This document shows, in pieces, positions 50,020-63,100 of a DNA stretch of 64,000 nt. Under the pieces are notes generated by a model. That model did not search any database. It worked only from the letters and a program-made list of their open reading frames with translations, and was not told where the DNA came from. The DNA is from Octopus sinensis (taxonomy: Eukaryota), in NCBI RefSeq assembly GCF_006345805.1, contig NC_043019.1, positions 2,480,001-2,544,000 of the forward strand. The letters run 5' to 3'. The translations under genes and the position numbers were made by a program. The stretch's first letter is position 1, and the number at the start of each line of letters is the position of its first letter.

Positions 50020-50600
50020 CACATATACCCATGCACACACACCCACATGTGTGTTTGTGCGTGTATGTGTGTGTATACACACACACTTACACAGAATATA
50101 TGTATGTATGTATGTATGTATATGTATGTATATGTATGTGTGTGTATGTATGTATGTATGTATGTATGTATATGTATGTATGTGTGTGTGTATGTATGTA
50201 TGTGTGTGTGTATGTGTGTGTGTATGTGTGTATGTATGTGTATGTATGTATGTGTATCCATGTATGTGTATGTATGTGTATGTATGTATGTGTGTGTGTG
50301 TGTATGTATGTGTGTGTGTATGTATGTGTATGTGTATGTATGTGTATGCATGTATGTATATGTATGCATGTATGTATATGTATGCATGTATGTATATGTA
50401 TGTATGTGTATGTATGTATATGTATGTGTGAATGTATGTATGTATATGTATGTATGTATGTGTGTATGTATGTGTGTATGTATGTGTGCATGTATGTATG
50501 TATGCATGCATGCATGCATGTATGTGTTTGTATGTATGTGTATGTATGTATGTATGTGTGTGTGTGTATGTATGTATATGTATGTATGTATGTATGTATG
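50020..50600. repeat. (TATG)n/(TG)n compound microsatellite
   Basis: Direct reading; source of the MYVC/HTYI pseudo-ORFs. Confidence 0.95.
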
Positions 50601-51316
50601 TAAAGCTGTACACTTATTTCCTACTATGTGTTTGAGTTTGAATCATATATATATATAACTTTCCGTGCATACACACAAAATATGCGCACCTAGACACATC
50701 ATACAAGCACGCATTAAAGAATAAACTTCTCACTGAAGAAGCTTTCCCAAACGTGTACGTGGTCGGGAAGTTTGAAAGAAAAATGCTAACAAAGCAGGCA
50801 AACGCAACCAAAATACTGTATATTTGAGTGTCTTGTTTTTTGTGTAATATTTTAGTTACGTGTTAATTCCTATTCCCCAATCACTTTGATAGACGTCTTG
50901 AATTTTAAATATCCCCACCCCTCTGAACACTAACTCCCAGCCTCCAAAACTTCTGGCAGCCTTACTTCACATGAATCACTAACGCCCTTTACTTACGATA
51001 CTGGTGCTATTGGCAGCAGCGACAGCGGGGAAGGCGGTAACAGTAAAGTTAGATCACCAACCACTTTGCTAGTAAAAGTGAAATCTACCCCCACATTTGC
51101 GTCGTCATAGCATAGTGACAGCACCGGACTGTACCAGCGACTGGCGCTTCTCACTGCAACACGGACTACTTTTTGTTCGCCAGTGCAGAGAGCCATCAAC
51201 CCGACTAAGGCGACAGAGCTTAAGATTCAACACACAGGATCATTTATTCAGTACTACAGCTTACGACAATCGTCTGCGTAGGAAAGCCGGTCAGGTAAGT
51301 TTCAATAATGACAATA

Positions 51317-51358
<42 letters not shown>

Positions 51359-51570
51359 TTGGTTTTCTGCACAAGGCTCCTCTTATCACACGTTGTGGGA
51401 GGAGACATTCGATGAAATCGATCTCAATATTGGACGGGTGCTTATCTTGCTGACAACAAAGATGTGAAGAGGCAAAAATCGAACCTGATTGGATTCGAAC
51501 TCAAAGGAGGGGAAACAACTAGGTGCTACAATGCATTTGAGTGCGACGCATTAATGACTCTTACCGCTTT

Positions 51571-51620
<50 letters not shown>

Positions 51621-52487
51621 ATATGTATGTATGTATATATATATACATACACACACTCACACACGCACTAATGAAATCTAAATTCAGATTATAATTGTAA
51701 ACCTTACGTTACCCTCCGTATAAAGCAATTTACCGATTCAGCATGTACATAATAAACAATTTCTGATGCAAATGAAATCTGTTCACATACCCAAACAAAA
51801 ACATATGAAGCCAGTTTTTATAATTCATGTTTGTGTGTATATGTATAGATATTCTTTTATGTAATTCAGCCGTTCGGCTGCGGTCATGCTAGAGTACCAC
51901 CGTGACTTTATACCCTTTCCACGGCCCTCTTACGTGCTTTATTCTGCGCGGTCGTGCCGTGACCGACACACACACACACACACACATATATACATACGTA
52001 CCACTACATGTCAAATGCGATTGGTAAATAGTTATAAAAAGAGTCTTAATGGATTAAACATTTTTAAAAATAAACGATGTAAACACTACGGAAATAGAAG
52101 AATGGTGACTAAATTTCTTACTCTTTGTCCCAATGTGTGTGCGTGAGTGTGTGAATATAATTCTTAATGTTATCGAAATATATATATAATATTATACTAT
52201 GTAATATAAACTTGTGTATATAAAATATACACACACAAACATACAAATATGCATACATATGTATGTGTTTGTGTGTGTGTGTATTATGATGACAGTTTGT
52301 TATTGTTTATTTAATCAGTTCATTTAATAAGTAGATTTAATAAATTGCAATCAAAGTGATATGGTGTGTCCCGCACACTCTTTAGGACACCTGTTAGATA
52401 AGTTTTGAAGCAAGATATAGATAGATATAGATAGATAGATAGATGGATGCAAATAAATATTACGTAAATGCAGATATATATATAATC

Positions 52488-52851
52488 TTTTGTTTGTCAT
52501 TTGACTGTAGCCATGCTAGAGCACCGCCTTTAGTAAAAAAAAAAAAATCGACCCCAGGATTTTTTCTTTGAAAGCTGAGTACTTATTCTATCGGTCTTTT
52601 GCCGAACCGCATAAACACACCAATAGTGGTTGTCAAGCGATGGTGGCGGGGAGGGGGGGACAAACACACACACACACACAGGTATATATATATATATATA
52701 CGACGGGCTTTCAGTTTCCGTCTACCAAATCCACTCACAAGGCTTTCGTCGGCCCGAGGCTATAGTAGAAGACACTTGCCGAAGGTGCCACGCGTGGGAC
52801 TGAACCCGGAACCATGTGGTTGGGAAGCAAGCTTCTTACCACACAACCACG

Positions 52852-52855
<4 letters not shown>
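52488..52855 (-). mobile_element. Family B SINE, near full length
   Basis: Reverse complement of the 44601-44995 copy, including the internal microsatellite. Confidence 0.85.
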
Positions 52856-52905
<50 letters not shown>

Positions 52906-53155
52906 CACACACCCACACACACGTGTGTGCATATGCATGTATATATATATATACATATACACACACACACACATATGTGTGCATATGCATGTATATATAT
53001 ATATATAATTATATATATACAAACAAACAAACTTACGACAGCAGTCCTCGACGGGTGTGTGTGTCAGTGAACAAACCATTTAACTCCGCCCACAAATATA
53101 TCAGCGTGTCAAAGAAATATTTTTTTATATAAATTGGAGGGTGTGTATGTACACA

Positions 53156-53200
<45 letters not shown>

Positions 53201-53225
53201 CGTGTATGCATGCATGCATGTATGT
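52856..53225. repeat. (AT)n/(AC)n microsatellite cluster
   Basis: Direct reading. Confidence 0.85.
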
Positions 53226-53639
53226 AGTGTACGTCTTTATGATTGCGTAAGAGATTTGTTAGTTTGTTGTTTTTTGACGTCTACAGAAGACGACAACGAG
53301 ATTTTTATACGATTGTGATGTTCATGCTTTCTCTATGACTTTAGCGTTGACGAGAGAATTTATCCTCAACTGACAAACGCATGCCAGGAGCTTACTGGTA
53401 ATCGTCACTGTACAACTAGTTTTATTTACTTTACTTTATAGTACCCTTCCACTTCAATACGTGGAGTTTAGTACCCCGCTCTTTAATATCTCTTTACAGT
53501 ATTTTCCAGTCTAAAACCAGGAGTTTGTTTAACTCTTGCTTTACTGTACTCCGCACTTTTATTATCTGGAGTTTATCTTTCGCTTTACGGTATCCTCTGC
53601 TATAATAATAATAATTAATAATAATAATAATCGTCCTTT

Positions 53640-54120
53640 CCAATATAAGCAGAAGGCTTGAAATTTGCAAGGAAGGAAATAGCCTATTACGTCGACTCCA
53701 GTGCTTTGACAATTATTTTATCCACTTTGAAAGGAAGGGAGGTAAAGTTGTCCTCGGGGGAATTTGCTCAGAAAAAGAACCGGAAGAAATGCCGTTGTGC
53801 ATTTTGTACGACTCACAATTAATAATTATAGTAATTTAGGCTCAACCCCGGAGGGTGAAAGGCAAAGTCCAGCTTGGCGAGATTTGAACTCAGAATGCAA
53901 AGTTATAACAAATGCCGCAAGGTATTTTTCTATTGCATTAACACAATTCCGCTACATGTCTTATATAGGTACAAGGACATAGGTAATGGGAGGGTTAGTC
54001 GATTAATTCAACTCCAGTTCTTGACTGGTTCTTTATCAACCCCAGTAAAATGAAAACCGAAATTGACAAATGCGTGATTTGAACTCGGAACGTAAAGAGC
54101 CAGAACAAATTCTTATGTGG
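53640..54120 (-). mobile_element. Degenerate family A SINEs
   Basis: GAAAGGCAAAGTCCAGCTTGGCGAGATTTGAACTCAGAA and GATTTGAACTCGGAACGTAAAG motifs. Confidence 0.6.
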
Positions 54121-54819
54121 AAATGTTACCGATACGGCATGGCATGTAGTCCGACGCACTAACGATACTGCAGACCGACGCCAGGATGTTTGGTGGTAAT
54201 GTTCAAGTCTGATCGAGCTTACGTATCATTGAAGGCATTCCAATCATGACCATCGTGTCTTTGTTGGAGTATGTTGAACTGTATATCCGATATGTTCTCT
54301 CCATCGTCTACCATTTCTGAAACCTAGTAGACGTAAGTTTATGTGGGGTTGCTTGCTGTTTTTAACAAGGGGAGCAACCTCGTAGAGTTTCCTCGTACGT
54401 TCGTTTTTTTTTTTCGCCTCTTGAGTAGTCATTGAGAACGTAGATTATTGAAAAAGACAAGTGGTGGAAGTAGAGGCAGCAGTACAAGCAACAGCAGCAG
54501 CAGCATCGGGACGGCGGGATAAAGAGTAGCACAAGACTGTGTTACAGTCATGAATAGCTTCCACAGCAATTCGGGAATAACAGTGGAAGCAACACATGTG
54601 TTGAGGACCAACAACCTGTGACGTGACAGGGTCCTACAATACCGAAGAAGTCGGAATGTTCACAAACTATTAAAAAAAGAAAATATAGGGGGCGGGAATA
54701 AACAAAGAATGATCTCCTTTATGCCCCACACCTAATAACGATGTTGTTCTTTTGCACAAGGTCAGCTCTGCATAATCCCAATGAGTCGTTTTTGTTTGTG
54801 TTTTAAAAGGTGATTCGGT

Positions 54820-54925
54820 GTATTTGAGGACGCCGGACAAAATTTTACGTTCTGAGTTCAAATTCCGCCGAGGTCGATTTCGTCTTTCATCCTTTCAGGG
54901 ATGATAAAATAAATACCAGTCGAAT
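54820..54925 (+). mobile_element. Family A SINE body fragment
   Basis: TACGTTCTGAGTTCAAATTCCGCCGAGGTCGA. Confidence 0.75.
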
Positions 54926-55185
54926 AGTTAGTTAGTTAGTTAGCTGGTTAGTTAATTTTTTGGCTCAAAAAGCAAAAAGCAAGGCCATGTAGGGGGACAT
55001 GGAGTTATGTACAGGGTGGTGTTCATGTAAAGAGTTCAGGCCACTTGTGGTCAAGGGAGACTTTGAACCGAGCGGTCGTCGGCATCTTCACCATCTCGTC
55101 CGGCAGCTTATTCCACGGATCCGCAACCCGGACGGAGGAGAAAGCCCCTCTCCTTCGATTGAGATGAAATCGTCGCAGATATTGG
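54925..55185 (-). mobile_element. CR1-clade LINE 3' end with a (TAAC)n tail
   Basis: Minus strand encodes RRFHLNRRRGAFSSVRVADPWNKLPDEMVKMPTTARFKVSLDHKWPELF (the WNxLP terminal motif); (GTTA)n follows on the plus strand. Confidence 0.8.
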
Positions 55186-55309
55186 AGGTCTATGTAATCA
55201 ATCGCCTAGAATCCTTCCCCACAATTTCAGGCATTATGCCTTTATAGACAAGATTCCTTGTTAAGTCGAACGACCACGCAGGAGTTCCCCCATGGATTAG
55301 ACTGAATGT

Positions 55310-55560
55310 ATTGTAGCAGTTGTTGTTGCCACTGCTGTTGTCACTATCACTGCTGTTATTTTCATTGCTTTTAAAGTTACTGCCGTAACTTTTTTTTTTC
55401 TTATTTGCTTTTCCAGTTGCCGTTCTTTTTCTTGTAGTTACTGTTGTTGTTCCCATTACCATTGTTGTGGCGGTGGCGGTGGTGGTGGTGGTGGTGGTAG
55501 TAGTTGTAGTAGATTTTACATTTTTTTCTTTTTTGCTGACGTCATCATCGTCGTTGTAGT
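55310..55560. repeat. Degenerate (GTT/GCT/GGT)n trinucleotide repeats
   Basis: Direct reading; explains the Thr-rich ORF 55190-55570. Confidence 0.8.
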
Positions 55561-55784
55561 TTGGTCTCAAATCAACTCAGTGGTTAAATTTATAAACGGA
55601 GGCCTGCCGCTTATGACCATCCTATCAGTTTAGGACCACTTAGCGATTTAGGTTTTAGGTACACATTATCTGCAGGATTGATAATGAAACCAAAACAAGC
55701 CGGGAAAATGCAAAAATAGATTTGGTTATCCCCGAATAAGTGGAGCTAATACGTAAACGCATAAAAGATACTTGTTATCTGTCA

Positions 55785-57440
55785 AACGGTGAGCTGGCAA
55801 AATCGTTAGCACGCTGGATGGAAAGCTTATCGGTATTTCAGCAGTCGCTACGTTCTGAGTTCAAATTCTGGCGAGGTCGACTTTTCCTTTCAAACTTTCG
55901 GGAGTCAAGAAATTTCCGAGGGTTCTATCCCACCCTACCCCCGTTTCCGGACAAAAAGTGTTTTGTAACATATTAGGTCACCGAAAAGAAAAGAATTTCC
56001 TATAATTCCGTCACCACCACTCCCTTCCGAACCAAAATAATGCGTGTGCGGCACATTAGGTCTGATTCCACGCGAAAAATCCGTTTTTTTTTTTTAGCCT
56101 GTTTGTGAAAAGCATGGAGGTGAGTTTGTAAAAATTTACGTAATTAAGTACCAGCGAAACACTGGAGTCAATATAATCGACTAGACCCCATCCTAGAATT
56201 TTCAGGCCTTTTGCCTTTAGTAGAACGGATTATGACAGATTTCTCGAAAGCGGTGAGCTATCAGACTCGTTGGCATGCCAAACAAAATGCGTAGCGGCAT
56301 TTCTTCCGTCTTTAAGTTCTGCGTTCAAATTCAATCGAGGTCGACTCTGCGTTTCCACCGTTCAGGGTCGATAAAATGAGTACGAGTTGGGCACTGGGGA
56401 ATTCTTTAATCTCTCTTCACAGTATTTTCCTCCCCATAAATCTTAAGTCTTGTACCTGTAGAAGAAAGTATCATTACAGATTTCTCGAAGGTAGTGAGCT
56501 GGCAGATTCGTTGATACGCCGAACAAAATGCTTTGCAACATTTCGTCCGTTTTTACATACTGAATTCAAATTCTTCCAAGCTCGATTTTCCTTTCATCCT
56601 TTCGATACAATAAGTACCAGCTGATCACTGGAGTCGATGTAATCGACCAGCCACCGGCCCCAAAACGCCAGGCCGTGTACCTATACTAGAAAGGATTACT
56701 AAGGATTTCTCTAAGTCGATGAGCTTAGGATAAAAAATTATTAAGATAGCGAGCTGGTAGAATCGTTACCGCACCAGACAAAATGCTTAGCAGCTTTTCT
56801 TCTGACTTTATGCTCTGAACTCAAATTCAGCCAATGTTCGACTTTGCATTTCATCTTTTCGGGTTCTATGAAATAAATATCAGTTGAGCACTAGGGTTGG
56901 TGTGTGGAGGTGCGTGACTTAGGGGTTAGGGTGTCAGCATTATGATCGTAAGATTGTGGTTTCGATTCCTGGACCAGGTGACGCGCTGTGTTCTTGTGCA
57001 AAACACTTCATTTCACTCAACTGGCAAAAATGAGTAACGCTGCGATGGACTGGCGTCCCGTCCAGCTGGGGAACACATACGCCATTGAAACCAGGAAACC
57101 GGGCCCGTGAGCCTGGCTAGGCTTTAAAAGGGCGCATTTATTTATTTTACTAGGGTTAATGTAATCGAGGAGCCCCCTCCCCTCGAAATGTCTGTGCTTG
57201 TAATAGAAAGGATTACTACAGATTTCTCTAAGGCGACGAACTGGCAGAATCGTTATTGCTTCAGACAGAATACTTAGCGGTATGTCTTCCGGCCCTTTAC
57301 GTTCTGCGTTGAAATCCAAGTCAGTATTACTTTTCATCCTTTTGAGGTTGAGAAAATAAGTACCAGTTGAACATTGGATCGATGTAATTGACTTACACCT
57401 CTCCCGAAATACCCTGCTGGGTTTGCAGTTTGAAGATACC
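55785..57440 (+). mobile_element. Cluster of about six family A SINEs in the same orientation, mostly head-to-tail
   Basis: Heads GGTGAGCT(G/A).CAGA at about 55787, 56250, 56490, 56747 and 57235; tails ending TAGAA(A/C)GGATTA at about 56220, 56690 and 57207. Confidence 0.75.
56905..57135 (+). mobile_element. CORE-like SINE (family C, tail type c) nested in a family A SINE
   Basis: B-box GTTTCGATTCC, shortened CORE block CTGTGTTCTTGTGCAAAACACTT..CAACTGGCAAAAATGAGT, and a distinct tail GCGATGGACTGGCGTCCCGTCCAG..GGCTTTAAAAGGGCGCAT. Confidence 0.7.
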
Positions 57441-58580
57441 TTCTTTTCTACAAGTCCCAAAGTCCCTGTAAAGGATATGAGCACTTGCTCACTTCCTGAC
57501 TTCCTAAAAGTTATAAAAGAAATGACATCAATAATATTCGGATTTGAATATATCACGCAAGCTAATGCGTTCCCCATGTAAGTCCTAGACAAGCAGACCT
57601 ATGATAAAAAGTTCCAGCCGTCACCATCCCCACCGTCTAAGTATATCCCTTTTTGAAAGCCGGTTGAGTATAACTTAAGAGATATGTGGGAAATTCTGTC
57701 TGTGGGTGTGTTTGTGGAGGTGTTAGCTAACTCCTCGTACATCGTTTTATCGATTTTGATAAAACATGATACGTGAGTAAAACTCATGTCTGGAAACATC
57801 GTGGATTACTCAGGTTGTTGAAAATAAATCGATAATAGGACCCCTGGAAGGGATCCTTATATCTAATATATTTTCTTTTAACAGCCAAGGGAAATAACCC
57901 ATACGTCTCTGGAAGGGATCTTTATATATATATAGCCAAGGGAAATAACCAATTCATTTTCCTAAATTATTTGGTATAAATCAAATTCAGTATGTTTATT
58001 TCTTAGTATTTGAACTGTTATTTTCGCAATTTATCCAGTACAACCCTTAAAAGGTAAATAGTATTTTCCTAAACAATAAATTCACTTATTTCGGTTAGTG
58101 ACTTATTCATGAATATACCGACACTAGTGCCGTTGAGGGTAATAATCTCTGAGAACGCACAAAAGCCCTTTTCATAGTTATTTACTTTGAATTGTCATTA
58201 TCTCATATCTGATTAACCTGTTATTACGTAGCATGCATCACGATTTCAGTATACATACCTTATTAGTATTTCCTCTTATGTTGTATATACTCTGGGAACG
58301 CATTAAAGTCCTTTTCGGGGCTACTTTATTTGAATTCTTACTATCGGGTAATTAATTTCATGTTATTACATAACTGACTTCACAATATGGGTATTCATAA
58401 CTTACAGGGAATTCCTAAAAGCAAGATCCTGTGTAAGACAGTTCGGTATTCTCTATAAATGCACAAAAACCGTTTTAAGGGCCGCATACTTTGTATTGTT
58501 ATTATTGGATTAGCGAAACAATTATAAGAACGGAACCAAGGGATAAGCACCGCTTTCCCAGGAATTATTGGGTACGTCAG

Positions 58581-58582
<2 letters not shown>

Positions 58583-58619
<37 letters not shown>
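58583..58619. repeat. (GT)n microsatellite
   Basis: Direct reading. Confidence 0.9.
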
Positions 58620-58622
<3 letters not shown>

Positions 58623-58864
58623 AAATTAGAACAAACAGTAACAAGCTGTCATTATAGTACTCGGAGTTTCGAATGCCGGAGCGAAGAGCTACGAGCTACG
58701 ATTTATTCTGCTTGGCTATTAATAGCAACAGAGTACGATAATGACAACCCTTTACTGTTTGTTTTTATTTATAACATATATGAATAATCCTCGATTTCTC
58801 TAATATCGAGGTCTCGCTCTTTTGTTACATTTTATATATATTATTTATATATATTATTTTATTT

Positions 58865-59010
58865 TTCTTGTAGCAGTCATTTGACTGTGGCTATGCTGGA
58901 GCACCGCCTTTAGTCGAACAAATCTACCTCAGAACTTCTTATTCTATCGGTTTCTTTTGCCGAACTGCTAAGTTACGGGGGCGTAAACACACCGCATCTG
59001 TTGTCAAGTG
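58865..59010 (-). mobile_element. 3' half of a family B SINE
   Basis: GCAGTCATTTGACTGTGGCTATGCTGGAGCACCGCCTTTAGTCGAAC..GCTAAGTTACGGGG. Confidence 0.8.
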
Positions 59011-59519
59011 ATTGCCTTTCATCCTTTCGGGGGTCGATAAATTAAGTAGCAGTTACGCACTGGGGTCGATGTAATCGACTTAATCCGTTTGTCTGTCCTT
59101 GTTTGTCCCCTCTGTGTTTAGCCCCTTATGGGTAGTAAAGAAATAGGCATTTCGCCCATCGCTACGTTGTGTTTAAATTCCGCTGAGGTCGACTTTACCT
59201 TTAATCCTTTCGGGAGGGGGTCGATAAATTAAGTACCAGTAAAACATTGGGGTTGATGTAATCGACTAGTCCCCTCTCCCACAATTTCAGGCCTGTGCCT
59301 TTAGTAGTCAGGATGATTATTATTAATATTATTCGAACTGGCAAAATTTTTCGCACGCTGAGTAAAAATGCTTAGCGCATTTCGTCTTTTTTTACGTTCA
59401 AATTCCGTCGAATTTGCCTTTCGGGTCTATAAAATAAGAACCAGTTGAACCCTGGGGTCGATGTAATCGACAATCTCCCTCACATAAACATTTCAGGCCT
59501 TGTGCCTATCGTAGAAAGG
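59010..59519 (+). mobile_element. Family A SINE dimer plus a further monomer
   Basis: Body + tail 1, junction AAAGAAATA-GGCATTTCG, body + tail 2, then another monomer ending CCTATCGTAGAAAGG. Confidence 0.8.
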
Positions 59520-60148
59520 CCCCCAGCACCAAGAAAAACGACAACTAAAAAACCAGTAGAAACACCAACACCGTTATCATCACCAATAGACACAGCAACA
59601 ACACCGCGACCAGCAGAACCAACAGAAATCTTTCGCCTTGCTGATGAAGCAGACCCAACAGCCATCCCCTTTCCGGATCAAGATTGCTCGGATTGTGCGA
59701 GCACTGATACCGAGAAAGGGAAATGGCACACAGTGCCTCCAAAAAAGAAAAGGAGAAAACAAAAGGACACACAGGGGAAGCACGAACAAATAGTGCTTCC
59801 CAACATCAACAACAACAACACTTTCGACACCACTACTGCCACACACACCAACACCAACAGACACGATTACAGCAATCAACACAAAAAAATGAAAAACTCG
59901 TTACATACCTAAAAGACAAAACAAGTACAAACATAACAGATTTCGTTATACCAACACACAACACACCACCAGCACACATTCTCACAATAAAAATCAACGC
60001 AACAACATACAGTGACATAAAACAAATATTCCCTAACGATGTGGGATCGCTAGGGAAAAGTTTCTCAAAGAAACTATATAAAAATATTGTGGAAGCACCC
60101 GTGCAAAAGCACAAGGGAGCCACCCCCACCACCAACAACAGTAAGTAG
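59520..60148 (+). pseudogene. C-terminal part of LINE ORF1 (one frameshift near the A7 run at 59883-59889)
   Basis: Pro/Thr-rich segment and WHTVPPKKKRRK basic patch (ORF 59445-59912), continuing in another frame as EKLVTYLKDKTS..NNSK* (ORF 59723-60148) just upstream of ORF2. Confidence 0.65.
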
Positions 60149-60190
60149 AGCCTTTTTCTCCTTTTATTTTTTTCTTTTCACCTTTGAAAC

Positions 60191-63100
60191 ATGGCAAAAC
60201 TTAGAATCGGTTGCTTGAATGTGAGAGGCCTCGGGTCACCTTGGAAACAGGGTCACCTGTTAAACGACCTGAGGTTTCATGATGTGGATGTAGCAGCCAT
60301 CAGTGAAACCAGGCTCTCCGACCCGCAGGAACTCGCAGCCCTTTTCGGCGGATACGAGATATTTCTATCTCCGTGTCGGCCGAGAGCGGGCGGTGGTGGT
60401 ACTGCGGTGTTGTTTCGGAAGGGCCTGGATTTGAAAATAAGGACAGTTTTCCTGGATCCGGAAGGTAAGTTGGTGGTCCTCGACGTAGAAGGTAGTGACG
60501 GCGGTGCTTTCAGACTGCTGGCTGCCTACGCTCCGACAGGAGCAGGGCAGTCGGATTATTTCAAACGTCTGGAAGTTTTCCTGGGAACGTCACGCACTCT
60601 AGTGCTAGTTGGGGATTGGAACGCTGTCTTAGACGAACGTTTCGATCGGGTGGGCAGGGGAGCGTCTGATAAGAGAGGAGGAGGGTGCAAGAGCCTCGCC
60701 AACCTACTCGGACGCTTTCAGCTGTCCGACAGGTTTCGACTAGACAACCCGAATGTGCCAATGTGGACTTGGACCAATCGCATCGGGTCGTCTAGATCGT
60801 ACTTAGATACAGTGTTTTGTAGGCCAGTGGATAAGGACAGCATGGGGTGTCCACAATTCCACCTGGTCGACTACACGGACCACAAATTCGTGATCTGTAC
60901 GGTCGACTTAGATAGGCTACATAGACAGGGACCCGGATACTGGAAGCTGAACGCGTCGTTAACGGCATGCAAAGCTTACAGAGACCGGATTAGTTTACTA
61001 GTTAAGCGGGCGCTCACGGGGGCAATCATCAACAACAACTGGTGGTTTGCCCTCAAGAGAGCAATTAGAGTAGAGTCGATTAGATTTCGTAAGACTCTAG
61101 CTATTGAACGTAGGAAGAGAGAGCGGGATTTAGTTAAGAAACTAGACGAGGCTCTTGAGACTGGCATCGCGACCGACGTGTTGGCGGCAAGGTTGGCCCT
61201 CGACCAACACTTTGACGCCAAACACGAAGGCTGCGTTGTCAGAGCTAAGGCACGTTCGCTAAGCGGGGAGGGGACTAGAGCGGCTCGATGGGCCCGCATG
61301 GCGGAGGCGAAGCGAGGCAAAAGAGTTACCATTCAGTCTTTGGTGGACCAGAACGGGCGCGAGGTTACCGAACCGAAGCAGATGTGTACGGTGTTTCAGC
61401 GGCACTTTGCTCAACTGTTTGGGACGAGCGGTGGAACGCACAATGGTGCAGACTTCGGTATGTACCTGGACGGCCTACCGCAACTCTCGGACAGCGAGGC
61501 AGAGTGCTGCGAAGGACCGATATCTGCCTGGGAAGTGGAGGAAGCGATGAAGAGTTGCACGAGAGGTAGATCGCCGGGTTTGGATGGTCTGCCCTACGAG
61601 CTTTACACTTCAATGCCAGACTTGTTTGCGGGCCTGTTGGCAAACGTCTACTGGAACTGGCAGCAAAACGGGAGAATTCCTGCTTTTGTCTGTCGAGGGG
61701 TGGTGGCTTTGCTAAAAAAGGACCCAAACAAGGGGGACGTTATAGGAAATTTTCGGCCCATCACTCTGCTCAATGCAGAGTTGAAGATTTTGGCCAAGGT
61801 GCTAGCCAAGAGATTGGCGCTTGTCGTGGACAAGCTGGTCGGCAAGACGCAGACATGCGCCGTGCCGACCAGGTCAATACACGACAACCTCCATCTCATG
61901 CGCTACATCATAGAGAGGGTAGGTAACGACGCTGGCGCGGGTGGGGCTTTGATCAACTTAGATCAGAGTAAAGCCTTCGATAGGGTCGACCATCGGTACC
62001 TGGCAGCTGTTCTCAAGGCAGCCGGCTTCGGTCCAGTCTTCCGCGGGTGGATCGCTGCTTTATACAGCAACATCTACTCGGTGATACGGGTGAACGGTCA
62101 CCTTTCAGAACCGTTCGACATCTCGCGTTCGGTCCGCCAAGGATGCCCTCTCTCCTCCTTCTTGTACATATTGACTCTCGAGCCATTACTGCGCAAGTTG
62201 GAGGCTTTGAGGGGTATCCCGCGCGATCTAGGAGGTGGAAACAGCGTGTCTGCCTATGCCGACGACGTCACCGTGATGGTGTCGAGCCACAGGCACATTG
62301 GCCTGATTAGCGAGACACTAAACGAGTACGAAGCGGTGACAGGGGCAAAGATTAACGTGGAAAAGTCTGTGGGCTTGCAACTGGGCACCTGGAGAGGCAA
62401 GCCCATGCCGTCCAACAGCGTCGTAGGGCGCTGGACAGACGGACCCGTTAAACTGCTCGGGGTCTGGTTCGGTCCGGACCTCCAGGTGGATAAAAACTGG
62501 GAAGAGGTGACAAGCAGGGTGGCACGTCTCACCCAGAAATGGGCCGAGAGGAAGCTGTCCCTGAAAGGTCGAGCGGAGGTGGCGAATGCGTACATCGCAT
62601 CCGTCATCTATTACCGCTTGACCGTCGTCCCTTGTCCCAACCGCTGGTTGGCCAAGCTGGTACGCCTGATCTTCGACTTTTTGTGGAAGGGTCAGGTGCC
62701 ACTGGTCAGGCGATCCATCTGCTGTCAACGACCGCTGAACGGAGGCCTTGGCATGCCGTGGTTACTGATGCGCAGACATGCGCTCAGGCTGCGACATCTC
62801 AAGCGTTTCCTAGACGGTGATCGGGTGTGGTCGTCTTTTGTCAGACGCGACTTTCCGCAGCTCGTCTCTTTGACAGAGCTGCAGACCTGGATCAAACGTA
62901 GACCGAGAAAGGGCGCTTGGCACCTCGAGTGCCGTCAAGCTCTCTCCGCCCTCCGCCAGGCGGGCAATGCGATCGGTTTCAGCTCCACTCTAGCGTTCTA
63001 TAGAGGGTTAGTGGAGGAAAAATGCGACGACGTTCTCGGGGAAACTCTAGGCGTTGACGATAATGAACTGAGCGGTCTATTCGGAAGGACTTTCGGGCCG

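Noticed and set aside
49950-50658. MYVC/HTYI-rich ORFs on both strands
   Set aside because: Artefact of the (TATG)n/(TG)n tract.
55190-55570. 126-aa Thr/Asn-rich ORF
   Set aside because: Translation of degenerate trinucleotide repeats plus the antisense end of a CR1 fragment.
56918-56932. TTAGGGGTTAGGG as an interstitial telomere
   Set aside because: Only two units, located in the A-box region of a family C SINE head.
60561-62820. Alternative-frame and antisense ORFs (66-136 aa) inside ORF2
   Set aside because: Expected shadows of a GC-rich coding sequence; no independent motifs.
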